64,000 nt of DNA, taken from NCBI GenBank assembly GCA_038108555.1, contig JAYNIA010000006.1:8774-72773 (forward strand), given 5' to 3'. The notes under the pieces are model-generated. The model made no database searches and was not told the DNA's origin. It saw only the letters and a program-made list of their open reading frames with translations. Shown piece after piece: positions 1 through 8,616 of this stretch. This DNA comes from Nitrospinota bacterium (lineage in GTDB: Bacteria > Nitrospinota > Nitrospinia > Nitrospinales > VA-1). Position numbers and translations under genes: made by a program. The stretch's first letter is position 1; every line of letters starts with the position of its first letter.

Positions 1-47
1 GTGTGAAAACCAATAAAGCCTGCTGCCCCGGTGACTAAAATTTTCAT
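1..47 (-). CDS. NAD-dependent sugar epimerase/dehydratase (SDR), first 15 codons only; gene runs off the window start
   Basis: Reverse complement of 1-47 reads ATG AAA ATT TTA GTC ACC GGG GCA GCA GGC TTT ATT GGT TTT CAC = MKILVTGAAGFIGFH. This is the Rossmann GxxGxxG N-terminus typical of extended-SDR nucleotide-sugar epimerases. Confidence 0.45.
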   Translation of the reverse strand, partial: MKILVTGAAGFIGFH

Positions 48-294
48 ACTTAAAAATATCTAGATGGGTTGGGAGATTATCAATTCTCTCGGAAATTTCT
101 TAAATCTGGAAAGAGATAAGATTGGATGAGCCGGAGGGCCCCAAAAAAACCTTTCTGATTGATCATATTTTTTATTGGTTCGAGAATCAAGCGTAATTAA
201 ACCTCGCAATGATATTTAGTCGCAGGTATAGTATTCACAAGTTTGTTACCTGAAAGTTTATCAAAAACGAATCCACTCCCCTGCGATTCCAAAA

Positions 295-1518
295 GTGATA
301 AAAAATTCTCTCTATATTTTTTCTGGAAGAGCTTCAAACGCTTTCTTCCATTTTCTGCTGGCCCTCGTGGTATCGCGTCAAATGGGTCCCGCCAATTTCG
401 GTGTGTTTTCTTTTCTTACTACGGTTGTGGTTTCTGCTAATTGCTTTTCAAGTTTGGGACTGGATGTCTGGATGGTTCGCGAGATTACCAGAGCCCCTGA
501 AAAAGCCAAGCACTGTCTTTCTTCCGTGCTGGGTCTGAAGGCGGCGACTTCTCTGGTTACCATCGCTCTTTTTTATCTTATATTTCAGGCGACCTCTTTG
601 GCCGAATCCACTTTGCATCTATTGTGGATATTATCAATTTCGCTGTTCTTCAATACGATTTCACAAACACTCTGGCATTATGGCGACTGTTTTAAAGAAT
701 TTGTCTATCATTCCGTTTTGTGGGCCGCTTCAAACATACTCAAATCGCTCATTGGCATTGCGATCGTTTTTTATAATCAGGATCTGCAATTATTAATAAT
801 AGGGATGGTAATTGCAGAAGCCCTTTCATTGATTTTATCGTTCATCGTTATCGGGCGGCGTTTTGGCAATGTTGCTCCCCAATTTCAATTTTCGGTCTGG
901 AAGGATTATTTATCCCGCTCAGCACCTATAGGAATAGGAGTCATTTTCAGCGTTCTCTATTTCAGATTGGATGTTGTGATGCTGCAATTGATGACCGACG
1001 AAAAGGTTGTCGGTTTTTATAGTGCCGCCAATAAGCTGTTTGAAATAGTAATTGTTATGCCGCATAGTTTGATGATTGTTCTTTTCCCCGGCTGGGTTGA
1101 AGATTTTCACAACAACCCCAAGAAGTTCAAGGCAGATATCAAGAAAGCTTTTTTATTATTTTTTGGAATGGGTGGTAGTATCGGGCTGGTCTTTTTTGGT
1201 TTTTCAAATGAGATAATCAGTTTTATTTATGGAGATGAGTTCTTTTATTCTGGAAGGGTGCTAAACATTCTTGCTGTTGCTATCGCTCTTTCCTTTTTAA
1301 TTTTCCTGCTGTCGAATATTCTCATCGTTTCAGGTCATGAAACTACCAATACCTGGAGCCTGGTTGGAGCAACGATCTTAAATATTGTGCTGAACCTGTT
1401 TTGGATTCCAGCTCATGGAGCCATAGGGGCGGCCTGGGCTACGGTGGCCTGCGAGGTGACGCTTATCGCGTTTCTTAGTTTTCAATTTAAAGAAAAATTA
1501 AAGCCGGACATTTTTTAA
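295..1518 (+). CDS. Wzx-like oligosaccharide/polysaccharide flippase (MOP superfamily)
   Basis: 407 aa, GTG start, hydrophobic polytopic throughout. The N-terminus KNSLYIFSGRASNAFFHFLLALVVSRQMGPANFGVFSF and VVGFYSAANKL fit the polysaccharide-biosynthesis flippase pattern. It lies in a sugar-nucleotide/GT locus. Confidence 0.75.
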   Translation: MIKNSLYIFSGRASNAFFHFLLALVVSRQMGPANFGVFSFLTTVVVSANCFSSLGLDVWMVREITRAPEKAKHCLSSVLGLKAATSLVTIALFYLIFQATSLAESTLHLLWILSISLFFNTISQTLWHYGDCFKEFVYHSVLWAASNILKSLIGIAIVFYNQDLQLLIIGMVIAEALSLILSFIVIGRRFGNVAPQFQFSVWKDYLSRSAPIGIGVIFSVLYFRLDVVMLQLMTDEKVVGFYSAANKLFEIVIVMPHSLMIVLFPGWVEDFHNNPKKFKADIKKAFLLFFGMGGSIGLVFFGFSNEIISFIYGDEFFYSGRVLNILAVAIALSFLIFLLSNILIVSGHETTNTWSLVGATILNIVLNLFWIPAHGAIGAAWATVACEVTLIAFLSFQFKEKLKPDIF

Positions 1519-1527
1519 AGCGGTGGT

Positions 1528-2958
1528 TTAGCAACGACCATACTTGTCTTCATAGCGGGAAATATCGTTTTCATCCAGAATTTCACCAAACTGGATTTCA
1601 TAAATTACCAGCAAATCTTTTTCCAGGTTTGCCAGTCTGTGTTTAGACTGGGTCGGGATGACTATGGAATCATTTATTTTTAACTGGAAGGTTTTATCAT
1701 CGAGATCTACCTTTGCAGTTCCTGCTGCCACCGTCCAATGTTCACTACGATGCTGGTGTGATTGCAAGCTGAGTGTCTCCCCCGGAAATACCTCAATGCG
1801 TTTTAGTAAAAAATTGGGACCCGTATCCAAAACGGTATAGGTGCCCCAGGGTTTTTTAACGATGGCGGGGACTTTTCCTTCGGGGCGATCCTTCTCATTT
1901 AAAGACTCCACCAGTTTCTTTACATCCTGCGCCCGGTCTTTAGCGCAGACCAGCAGTGCATCTTGTGTGTCGACAACAATAGTATCCTTGAGGCCCAGGG
2001 TTGCAATGAGACGATCTTCTCCGTGGATGATGGAATTGCTGCAATCTTGCGTAAGAGCATTACCCATAACTACATTTCCCCGGTTGTCTTTTTCGCAAAC
2101 TTCATCCAACGCGTTCCAGGCTCCCACATCGTTCCAGCCAATATCTGAAGAAACCATGACCACGTTGGAGGATTTTTCCATGACGGCATAATCTATAGAA
2201 ATGCTTTCGAGGGTGGAAAAAAGTTCGCAACCTTTTTTGTTGAGTTGTCGATGGCTCAGTTTTCCAGGTGAGCTTTCCAGGCAGTCTTTCAAGGTCTGCA
2301 ATTGGGAATGAATGTTTGGAGCATGCTCTTTCAGTTCATTTAATATCACAGAAGCTTTCCAGGCAAAGATTCCGCAATTCCAAAAATAGGAGCCTTGCTC
2401 CATAAATTTCTTTGCGGTAGGGAGGTCGGGTTTTTCTTCAAACCGGTCCACCTTGTAAATATCTTCAAAGCCTTCCACCCCTGTTCCTTGTTTTAAATAT
2501 CCAAAACCGGTTTCAGGGCGAGTGGGGGGGATTCCAAGAGTTACAAGATATCCTTTTTGCGCCAGAGCTTCTGCCTTGCGAAGGACGTTTATAAAACTTT
2601 CGGGTTTCGTAACTACATGGTCGGCGGGAAAGATGGACATAACAGCATCTTTATCTTTTTCCTGCAAAACGGCAGCCATCAGACCAATGGCCAATGCTGT
2701 ATTTTTACTGCAGGGCTCGGCTATTAAATGGTCTGAGGAAAAGTCCAGTGTGTCTAATTGACGAAGGGTTTCATTGGCCTGGAGGTGATGGGTGCCAACG
2801 TAAATATTTTCGATAGAGATTAAGGGTAAGAGTCTTTCAACCGTGTTTTGGATCATGGTGCCGGTGCCAATCAGTTTTTGCAATTGTTTGGGGCTTTGTT
2901 CGCGGCTGACCGGCCAAAATCGGGTACCGCTTCCACCCGCTAAAATTACACCGTACAT
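1528..2958 (-). CDS. manC: Mannose-1-phosphate guanylyltransferase / mannose-6-phosphate isomerase (bifunctional type II PMI-GMP)
   Basis: 476 aa. N-terminal [19 protein letters not shown] nucleotidyltransferase motif; C-terminal cupin with SLQSHQHRSEHW. Length is typical of ManC/CpsB/XanB. Confidence 0.9.
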   Translation of the reverse strand: MYGVILAGGSGTRFWPVSREQSPKQLQKLIGTGTMIQNTVERLLPLISIENIYVGTHHLQANETLRQLDTLDFSSDHLIAEPCSKNTALAIGLMAAVLQEKDKDAVMSIFPADHVVTKPESFINVLRKAEALAQKGYLVTLGIPPTRPETGFGYLKQGTGVEGFEDIYKVDRFEEKPDLPTAKKFMEQGSYFWNCGIFAWKASVILNELKEHAPNIHSQLQTLKDCLESSPGKLSHRQLNKKGCELFSTLESISIDYAVMEKSSNVVMVSSDIGWNDVGAWNALDEVCEKDNRGNVVMGNALTQDCSNSIIHGEDRLIATLGLKDTIVVDTQDALLVCAKDRAQDVKKLVESLNEKDRPEGKVPAIVKKPWGTYTVLDTGPNFLLKRIEVFPGETLSLQSHQHRSEHWTVAAGTAKVDLDDKTFQLKINDSIVIPTQSKHRLANLEKDLLVIYEIQFGEILDENDISRYEDKYGRC

Positions 2959-3129
2959 AATTTCTATATGATCTCGCTATTTAAAGTTTGGAATGAGTTT
3001 GACGAAATTGAGTGTTGAATAGGGAGATGATGGAACTCTTACCTAGAGGAAAAATTATATATCATATAAAAAAAGTGGACAACGATTAAAATACTTTTCC
3101 TGGGCAGTGGGTAAGATTAAAAATTTCTT

Positions 3130-4335
3130 TCATAATCCTGACAGGTCTGAAATTTTATCGCAGATAAAATCAGCGAAAGGAAGAGAACAGGTAAAGGCTG
3201 GTGAAACCGCGTTCAATATATGTAGTGAATGGGCATCACCTTCTGTCACAAAATCCATCTCGAGTTTTCTATTACGGATGTTCAAAAGTTGCGCACGTAT
3301 TCCAGGCACGCCCCAATGATTGAAAGATTTTTGCTCAATTCCCTTTACAAGTAAGGAAGCCAGGGAAACCAGTTTTTTTCGGGAATATTTTTGCAACTCT
3401 TCAATGGCAAGGGATTTAAAATCAAAATCAGAGGACCAAAATAGCCCAGCCTGTAAAAACATAATTTCAAAAAGTTCATCCAATTTGAAATTGGAAACTC
3501 CTTTGTATTGTTCGCGCCAAAATGCAGGAATAGCGGTGGGGCCTATTTTAACTTTTTTATCCGCTGTTACGGTAAAGTGGACTCCCAGGAAAGGATTCCT
3601 CAAATCTGGTACCGGATAAATATTTGTTCGAAGTGAACCCATCGGTTCATCAGAATATATATAGAGACCCTTAAAAGGAAGAATTCTATAGTCTTTAGAA
3701 AAACCGAAATCCTGTGCTATTTTGTCGGCGTAAAGACCTGCAGAATTTACCATAAAAGAAAATTCAATTTTCCCGGAGGATGTTTGAATTGTCTTTTCGT
3801 TTATTTTTTTCAGGTATCGAACTTTTGGAATCAGTGATATTCCTTCTTTCAACGCATCTTCTCGCATCGATTGAATCACTAAGCTGGGGTTCACCGATGA
3901 AGTCGTTGGTGAGAAAAGAGCTCGTTTAAAAGTTTTTACTCTTGGTTCAATGACTTTTGCTTCTTTTTCGGTTATTGATTCGATAGGAACTCCATTGGCT
4001 TGAGCACGTGCCATTAATTCATCAAGCTGGACAAGTTCGGATTCATTTTTGGCAACGACAAGCTTTCCACACTTATTTACCGGGATGCTCCTGGATTCAC
4101 AATATTGTGTTAAGCGTTGGTTTCCCTTTTGAGTAAACTTTGCCTTGAAACTATCTGCGGTGTAATAAAATCCTGCATGCAGAACCCCGCTGTTCCGACC
4201 ACTTGCATGGAGGCCGAACCCATCTTCCTTTTCTATTATTAAGATTCGGCTATTTGGATGTCTTTTTTTAAGTTCGCGAGCAATGCAGAAACCAATGATT
4301 CCACCACCGATAACCAAAAAATCACATTTGTCCAT
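3130..4335 (-). CDS. lhgO: FAD-dependent L-2-hydroxyglutarate oxidase/dehydrogenase-like oxidoreductase
   Basis: CDFLVIGGGIIGFCIA dinucleotide fold, GRNSGVLHAGFYY, ILPFKGLY, PFLGVHFT and NAVSPAFTCSLP align with E. coli LhgO as I recall it. I place the start at the internal ATG 4335 (MDKCDF); the ORF extends to 4392. Confidence 0.75.
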   Translation of the reverse strand: MDKCDFLVIGGGIIGFCIARELKKRHPNSRILIIEKEDGFGLHASGRNSGVLHAGFYYTADSFKAKFTQKGNQRLTQYCESRSIPVNKCGKLVVAKNESELVQLDELMARAQANGVPIESITEKEAKVIEPRVKTFKRALFSPTTSSVNPSLVIQSMREDALKEGISLIPKVRYLKKINEKTIQTSSGKIEFSFMVNSAGLYADKIAQDFGFSKDYRILPFKGLYIYSDEPMGSLRTNIYPVPDLRNPFLGVHFTVTADKKVKIGPTAIPAFWREQYKGVSNFKLDELFEIMFLQAGLFWSSDFDFKSLAIEELQKYSRKKLVSLASLLVKGIEQKSFNHWGVPGIRAQLLNIRNRKLEMDFVTEGDAHSLHILNAVSPAFTCSLPFADFICDKISDLSGL

Positions 4336-4510
4336 TGTTGGATCCGGAAAAAGTTGATATTGCCTGTTAAAGCATATTTTTATTTGATTCAATAATCAAG
4401 TTTCATCAGGCCGTTACTATGTCAGGAAGTTAATTTTCAGGGCCTTGAATTTTATAAAGGATTTGTACATTAAACTTCGGCCTTCATTTATTTTGACTCC
4501 TGTTTTTTGC

Positions 4511-4539
4511 TTCAAATGCAGGTATCCGTTTGGTAATAT
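4511..4539 (+). promoter_or_regulatory. Possible sigma-70 promoter for the HDOD gene (TTCAAA-17 nt-TAATAT)
   Basis: TTCAAA at 4511-4516 and TAATAT at 4534-4539 with a 17-nt spacer. GAGG sits 4 nt upstream of GTG 4572. Pattern match only. Confidence 0.3.
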
Positions 4540-4571
4540 GCAGCCCTAATTGTCACCCAATTTTGAGGCCT

Positions 4572-5441
4572 GTGTTGCGTAAAAAAATTATCGAGCTTAT
4601 CAATACCAAGCCGGACCTTCCTCCCCTCCCGGAAATTCTTTTAGGATTCCAGAAATTAATGAACGACCCTGATTGTGAAGTGCAGGATGTTTACCATCTT
4701 CTAAAGACAGATCCGGTATTTTCGGGATGAATAATCACTCTGGCAAACAGTGCGCTGTTTGGTTCGGGCAAGGATGTGACTCGAAACCTTGAAGATGCAG
4801 TTGTTCGTTTGGGGATGCAACAGGTTATGGATCTTGTTTACGCATTGGAATTGCCCCGCACATTTAGAAAAAGTAAAGCCTTTGATCAGGTGGAGTTTTG
4901 GAAACATTCGTTGGCAGTGGCTTTTATATCCAGATCATTGGCCAAAAAGGTTCTATCCGATTTCGAGGACTGGGAGGCAGCTTTCCTGTGCGGGCTAATG
5001 CATGATGTGGGAATACTTGTGTTGGACAATGTTATACCCGAAGAATATTATAAATTTCTTACCTTAAAGGATTTAAGTTCATCTGACCAACCCCTTGAGG
5101 CTTTGGAAAAAGATCATTTTAAAATTGATCACAGCGAAGCGGGTGCAGCGTTTATGAAAAAATGGTGGGCGATTTCCGAAAAAGTGGTAACGGCAGCGGC
5201 AGCCCATCATGATCCCAGGCCTTCAAAAGATAAAGAAATGGATCTTGATCAATTGGTTGCCACGGCGAATCGAATAGCAAATCATCATGGAATAACCCAC
5301 CCAGTCATGACCGCTTTTGAAGATCCCCCCGAAGAAGGTTACCTGGATAATCTAAAAATTACTCAGGAAGATCTGGATATTGTAATCGATACGACCAAAA
5401 TGGGGTTGTTAGCAGCAGAAACAGTATTTAGAGGAAACTAG
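4572..5441 (+). pseudogene. HDOD-domain signalling protein interrupted by a single in-frame TGA (4728-4730): nonsense allele, sequencing error or recoding
   Basis: ORFs 4530-4730 and 4776-5441 share one frame (both coordinates divisible by 3). Read-through gives LPPLPEILLGFQKLMNDPDCEVQDVYHLLKTDPVFSG*IITLANSALFGSGKDV..., a continuous HDOD motif (DPxxxxxLLxLANSAxFG). HD-like LMHDVG lies downstream. Confidence 0.6.
4776..5441 (+). CDS. HDOD domain protein, C-terminal ORF as a gene finder would call it
   Basis: 221-aa ORF from GTG 4776. It contains RLGMQQVMDLVYALEL, FLCGLMHDVGILVLD and DHSEAGAAFMKKW, typical of the HD-related output domain. Confidence 0.6.
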   Translation: MTRNLEDAVVRLGMQQVMDLVYALELPRTFRKSKAFDQVEFWKHSLAVAFISRSLAKKVLSDFEDWEAAFLCGLMHDVGILVLDNVIPEEYYKFLTLKDLSSSDQPLEALEKDHFKIDHSEAGAAFMKKWWAISEKVVTAAAAHHDPRPSKDKEMDLDQLVATANRIANHHGITHPVMTAFEDPPEEGYLDNLKITQEDLDIVIDTTKMGLLAAETVFRGN

Positions 5442-5470
5442 GCTGTTTGATTCGAGAACCTCAACTGGGA

Positions 5471-5668
5471 ATGAAACGGAGAATTTCAGGGTTCCATCAG
5501 GACGAAGAATCTTTCTGGGTGGCCAGGCTGGAATGCGGCCACAACCAGCATGTCAGACACAATCCCCCGCTGATTTCCCGTCCCTGGGTAAATAGTGAGG
5601 CAGGAAGGCAGGAACATATAGGCACCTATCTTAATTGTAAATTTTGTGAAACCGAATCGCGGTCCTGA
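5471..5668 (+). CDS. DUF3565 domain protein (small Cys/His protein)
   Basis: ISGFHQDEESFWVARLECGHNQHVRHNPPLISRPWV...CKFCE matches the DUF3565 pattern GxHQDEExxWVAxLxCGHxQHVRHxPP as I recall it. ATG 5471 preferred; the TTG ORF starts at 5447. Confidence 0.6.
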   Translation: MKRRISGFHQDEESFWVARLECGHNQHVRHNPPLISRPWVNSEAGRQEHIGTYLNCKFCETESRS

Positions 5669-5670
5669 GT

Positions 5671-6345
5671 TTATTCGGGGCTGAGGCTTCCATTATCCCA
5701 TTTTCCGGAATAAACATTTCCATTGGCAAGAACATAAACGCCATGACCGTGTGGTAAATCGTTCATAAACTCGCCGCGGTAACTGTCCCCATTGGCGTAG
5801 AAATAAACCCCCTGTCCATGCAGCATATCATCTAAGAAGGTTCCTTCATATTTATCACCATTGTCGTAAACCAGTTTTCCCAGTCCATTGGGTTTGCCGT
5901 TTTTGAACTCTCCGGTATAAACATAGCCTTGAGTGCAGGTAAAGATACCTCGCCCATGCATTTGTTCATTAAGCATTTGGCCTGCATATTTATCTCCATT
6001 AGGCCAGGTAAAAGTGATAAACCCGGGAACTTTTTCTTTTTCAGGGGTTGGACTGTCTTTCGGCTGGGTTTTATTTCTTTCCTGGCGGGCTTTTGTGAAT
6101 GGAGTTGATTTTTCTTTCCATTCTGAAGAACGGGTGAATTTTCTCTTTAAATGGGCTTCCGTCAGCTTTTTATACGCAACTGTGATTTCCTGAAACTTGT
6201 CATGTGCTTTTTTCTGTAACCGCTCGGATTCAATGGGAAATCGGTCGGGATGCCAGAGTTTGACTTGTTTTTTATAAGCCTTTTTTATTTCATCCAGCGA
6301 TGCGCCGGGTTTTAGCTTAAGAACAAGAAAATATTTTTCTATCAT
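5671..6345 (-). CDS. J-domain (DnaJ-like) protein fused to MORN repeats
   Basis: N-terminal J domain with HPD (SLDEIKKAYKKQVKLWHPDRF). A K/E/P-rich linker follows, then about six 23-aa YxGxxxxxxxHGxG MORN units (GDKYAGQMLNEQMHGRG, GYVYTGEFKNGKPNGLG, GDKYEGTFLDDMLHGQG, GDSYRGEFMNDLPHGHG, GNVYSGKWDNG). Confidence 0.8.
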   Translation of the reverse strand: MIEKYFLVLKLKPGASLDEIKKAYKKQVKLWHPDRFPIESERLQKKAHDKFQEITVAYKKLTEAHLKRKFTRSSEWKEKSTPFTKARQERNKTQPKDSPTPEKEKVPGFITFTWPNGDKYAGQMLNEQMHGRGIFTCTQGYVYTGEFKNGKPNGLGKLVYDNGDKYEGTFLDDMLHGQGVYFYANGDSYRGEFMNDLPHGHGVYVLANGNVYSGKWDNGSLSPE

Positions 6346-6402
6346 GATGAGTCAGAAAAAATGGGATTTTGTTTTTATAATTTTTGAAATGAATTCAAAC
6401 CA

Positions 6403-6702
6403 TTAATGGATGAACCATTCATCTGTTCCTTCGTGTCCTTCATGATGTTTTTTGTCCATTTCCCACGCGTGCAGGACATAATCAATGCTAAAGGATTCCT
6501 GAGTTACAGGATTTCTTAAGTCAAAATAACGATAACCCCGGTAGTCAGGATAAAAATTCTCAATGCTCAAAGGTTTGCAGGTCATGCCTTTGGCCACGGC
6601 TTCCTTTTTTAATTTTTCCCAGTGATCAGAATCAGGAGTCTCCACAACTATTCCAGAACCTTCTTTTTGCAAAAACATTAAATATCTATTGCCATCGCTC
6701 AT
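6403..6702 (-). CDS. Hypothetical 99-aa protein
   Basis: Intact ORF in the otherwise empty gap downstream of rfbD on the same strand. No family recognised (MSDGNRYLMFLQKEGSGIVVETPDSDHWEKL...HHEGHEGTDEWFIH). Confidence 0.45.
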   Translation of the reverse strand: MSDGNRYLMFLQKEGSGIVVETPDSDHWEKLKKEAVAKGMTCKPLSIENFYPDYRGYRYFDLRNPVTQESFSIDYVLHAWEMDKKHHEGHEGTDEWFIH

Positions 6703-6805
6703 AATTGTCTCAATACTACTAATTCCTATTGCCTTTTAATGCCATTCAGTATTTTAGAATGATATTTTCTTTGTAAAACCTATTCAAGGTTAAAAATAAT
6801 TTGAT

Positions 6806-7681
6806 CTATTTGGAATTGATGCAATCCTTTAGGGCTGCTTCCCAGGAAGGCATTTCAACGGAAAAAACCTTTTTAACTTTTTCGTTGCTCAGTCGGGAAT
6901 AGGAAGGCCGGGTCGCGGGAGTGGGGTATTCGGAAGTAGGTATCGGGATCAACTGAATGTTTTTCGTTGTTTCTGATGAATTAAAAATTTGTCTTGCGAA
7001 TCCATACCAACTGGTTTCCCCCTGACAGGTCAAATGATATATTCCAGACAGTTCAGAATTTTTGGATTCCAGCCAGTTTTCCTTTAAACATTGTTGAATT
7101 ATTTTTTTAGTTTGTTGGGCTACGGAACGGGACCATGTGGGAGCTCCTATCTGGTCGTCAACGATTCGAAGTGTATCTCTTTCCGCCAGCCTTAGCATGG
7201 ATAGTAAAAAATTTTTCCCCTGAAGGCTGTAAATCCAACTGGTTCTTAAAATTAAAAAAGGAATACCGGCTTCAGTAATGGCTTTTTCCCCCGCCAGTTT
7301 TGTTTTTCCATAAACGCTTAAGGGATTGGTAGGGTCTTCTTCCCTGTACGGAGTTTTGGAATGCCCATCAAAGACATAGTCTGTGGAGTAATGGATCAAT
7401 CCCGCGCCAACTTTTTTTGCTGCGTTTGCCATCAGCCCTGGGGTCTTTCCATTAATCATCATCGCCAGGTCAGGTTCCTCTTCTGCTTTATCAACTGCAG
7501 TGTAGGCCGCAGTGTTGATAATCAGATTGGGTTTTATTTCAAGGATTTTGGATTCAATTGATTCGGGATTGGAAAGGTCCAGTTCATTGCGGTCTACCGT
7601 GACAAGAGTTCCTAAATCGCTAACAAGATTTTTTAATTCCCCGCCAATCTGTCCGGTTTTTCCTGTGAGAAGAATTTTCAT
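6806..7681 (-). CDS. rfbD: dTDP-4-dehydrorhamnose reductase
   Basis: 291 aa. MKILLTGKTGQIG Rossmann motif, STDYVFDG and YGKTKLAGE catalytic YxxxK. Adjacent to rfbA/rfbB. Confidence 0.9.
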   Translation of the reverse strand: MKILLTGKTGQIGGELKNLVSDLGTLVTVDRNELDLSNPESIESKILEIKPNLIINTAAYTAVDKAEEEPDLAMMINGKTPGLMANAAKKVGAGLIHYSTDYVFDGHSKTPYREEDPTNPLSVYGKTKLAGEKAITEAGIPFLILRTSWIYSLQGKNFLLSMLRLAERDTLRIVDDQIGAPTWSRSVAQQTKKIIQQCLKENWLESKNSELSGIYHLTCQGETSWYGFARQIFNSSETTKNIQLIPIPTSEYPTPATRPSYSRLSNEKVKKVFSVEMPSWEAALKDCINSK

Positions 7682-7728
7682 AAAGAAGGGTGGAATTCGG
7701 CTTTGCTGTTTGGGGTGAAAATTTTTGA

Positions 7729-8604
7729 TTACGACTTCGAAATCATTCGAGTTAAATATTGACCGTACTCGTTTTTCTTCAGGGTGTGGGCGAGTTTGGC
7801 AACATCATCTGTGGAAATCCATCCTTTGCTGAAGGCGATTTCTTCAGGACAACAAACCATAAGTCCCTGACGTTTTTGTATGGTTTCAATAAAGTTGGAT
7901 GCATCCAGCAATGAGTTGTGTGACCCGGTATCCAACCAGGCAAAGCCTCGACTCATTCTTTCAACGGACAATTGGCTTTGCTGCAAATAGACACGATTTA
8001 CATCGGTGATCTCCAGTTCACCTCGGGCTGAGGGTTTGATAGAGCCGGCGATATCAACCACCTGGTTGTCGTAAAAATATAAACCTGTAATTGCGTAATG
8101 TGATTTGGGTTGGGTGGGTTTTTCTTCGACGCCTATCACCCTGCCGTTATCATCAAATTCAGCAACACCGTAGTTTTCAGGATCTTTTACCCAATAACCA
8201 AAAACGGTCGCTCCTTTTTCCCGCTTTTGAGCCGTTTCCATTAAGTCAGGAAGTTCTGTTCCATAAAAAACATTATCCCCTAGAATAAGACTGCAGCTTT
8301 CATTCCCGATAAAATCTTTGCCAATGAGGAAGGCTTGCGCTAATCCATCGGGACTGGGTTGAATGCCATAGGAAATATTGACTCCCCATTGTTTCCCATC
8401 TTTAAGTAACTCTTGAAACAAGGGTTGGTCTTGAGGAGTTGTGATAACAAAAATATCACGAATGCCCGCCAGCAATAGGGTGCTAAGAGGGTAGTAAATC
8501 ATGGGCTTGTCATAAAGCGGCATCAATTGTTTACTGACCACCTGGGTCAGAGGATAAAGTCGGGTTCCTGAACCTCCCGCCAGTATAATTCCTTTATTGA
8601 TCAT
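7729..8604 (-). CDS. rfbA: Glucose-1-phosphate thymidylyltransferase
   Basis: 291 aa. [25 protein letters not shown] and EITDVN motifs are typical of RmlA/RfbA. Confidence 0.92.
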   Translation of the reverse strand: MINKGIILAGGSGTRLYPLTQVVSKQLMPLYDKPMIYYPLSTLLLAGIRDIFVITTPQDQPLFQELLKDGKQWGVNISYGIQPSPDGLAQAFLIGKDFIGNESCSLILGDNVFYGTELPDLMETAQKREKGATVFGYWVKDPENYGVAEFDDNGRVIGVEEKPTQPKSHYAITGLYFYDNQVVDIAGSIKPSARGELEITDVNRVYLQQSQLSVERMSRGFAWLDTGSHNSLLDASNFIETIQKRQGLMVCCPEEIAFSKGWISTDDVAKLAHTLKKNEYGQYLTRMISKS

Positions 8605-8616
8605 ATTGAGTGTTCC

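Noticed and set aside
4728-4730. Alternative genetic code (TGA read as Gly or Trp) as the explanation for the in-frame TGA in the HDOD gene
   Set aside because: TGA ends several ORFs at family-typical C-termini in this window: lhgO at 3130-3132 on the complement, 5666-5668, 23939-23941, 54929-54931 and 59412-59414. TGA is therefore a normal stop here.
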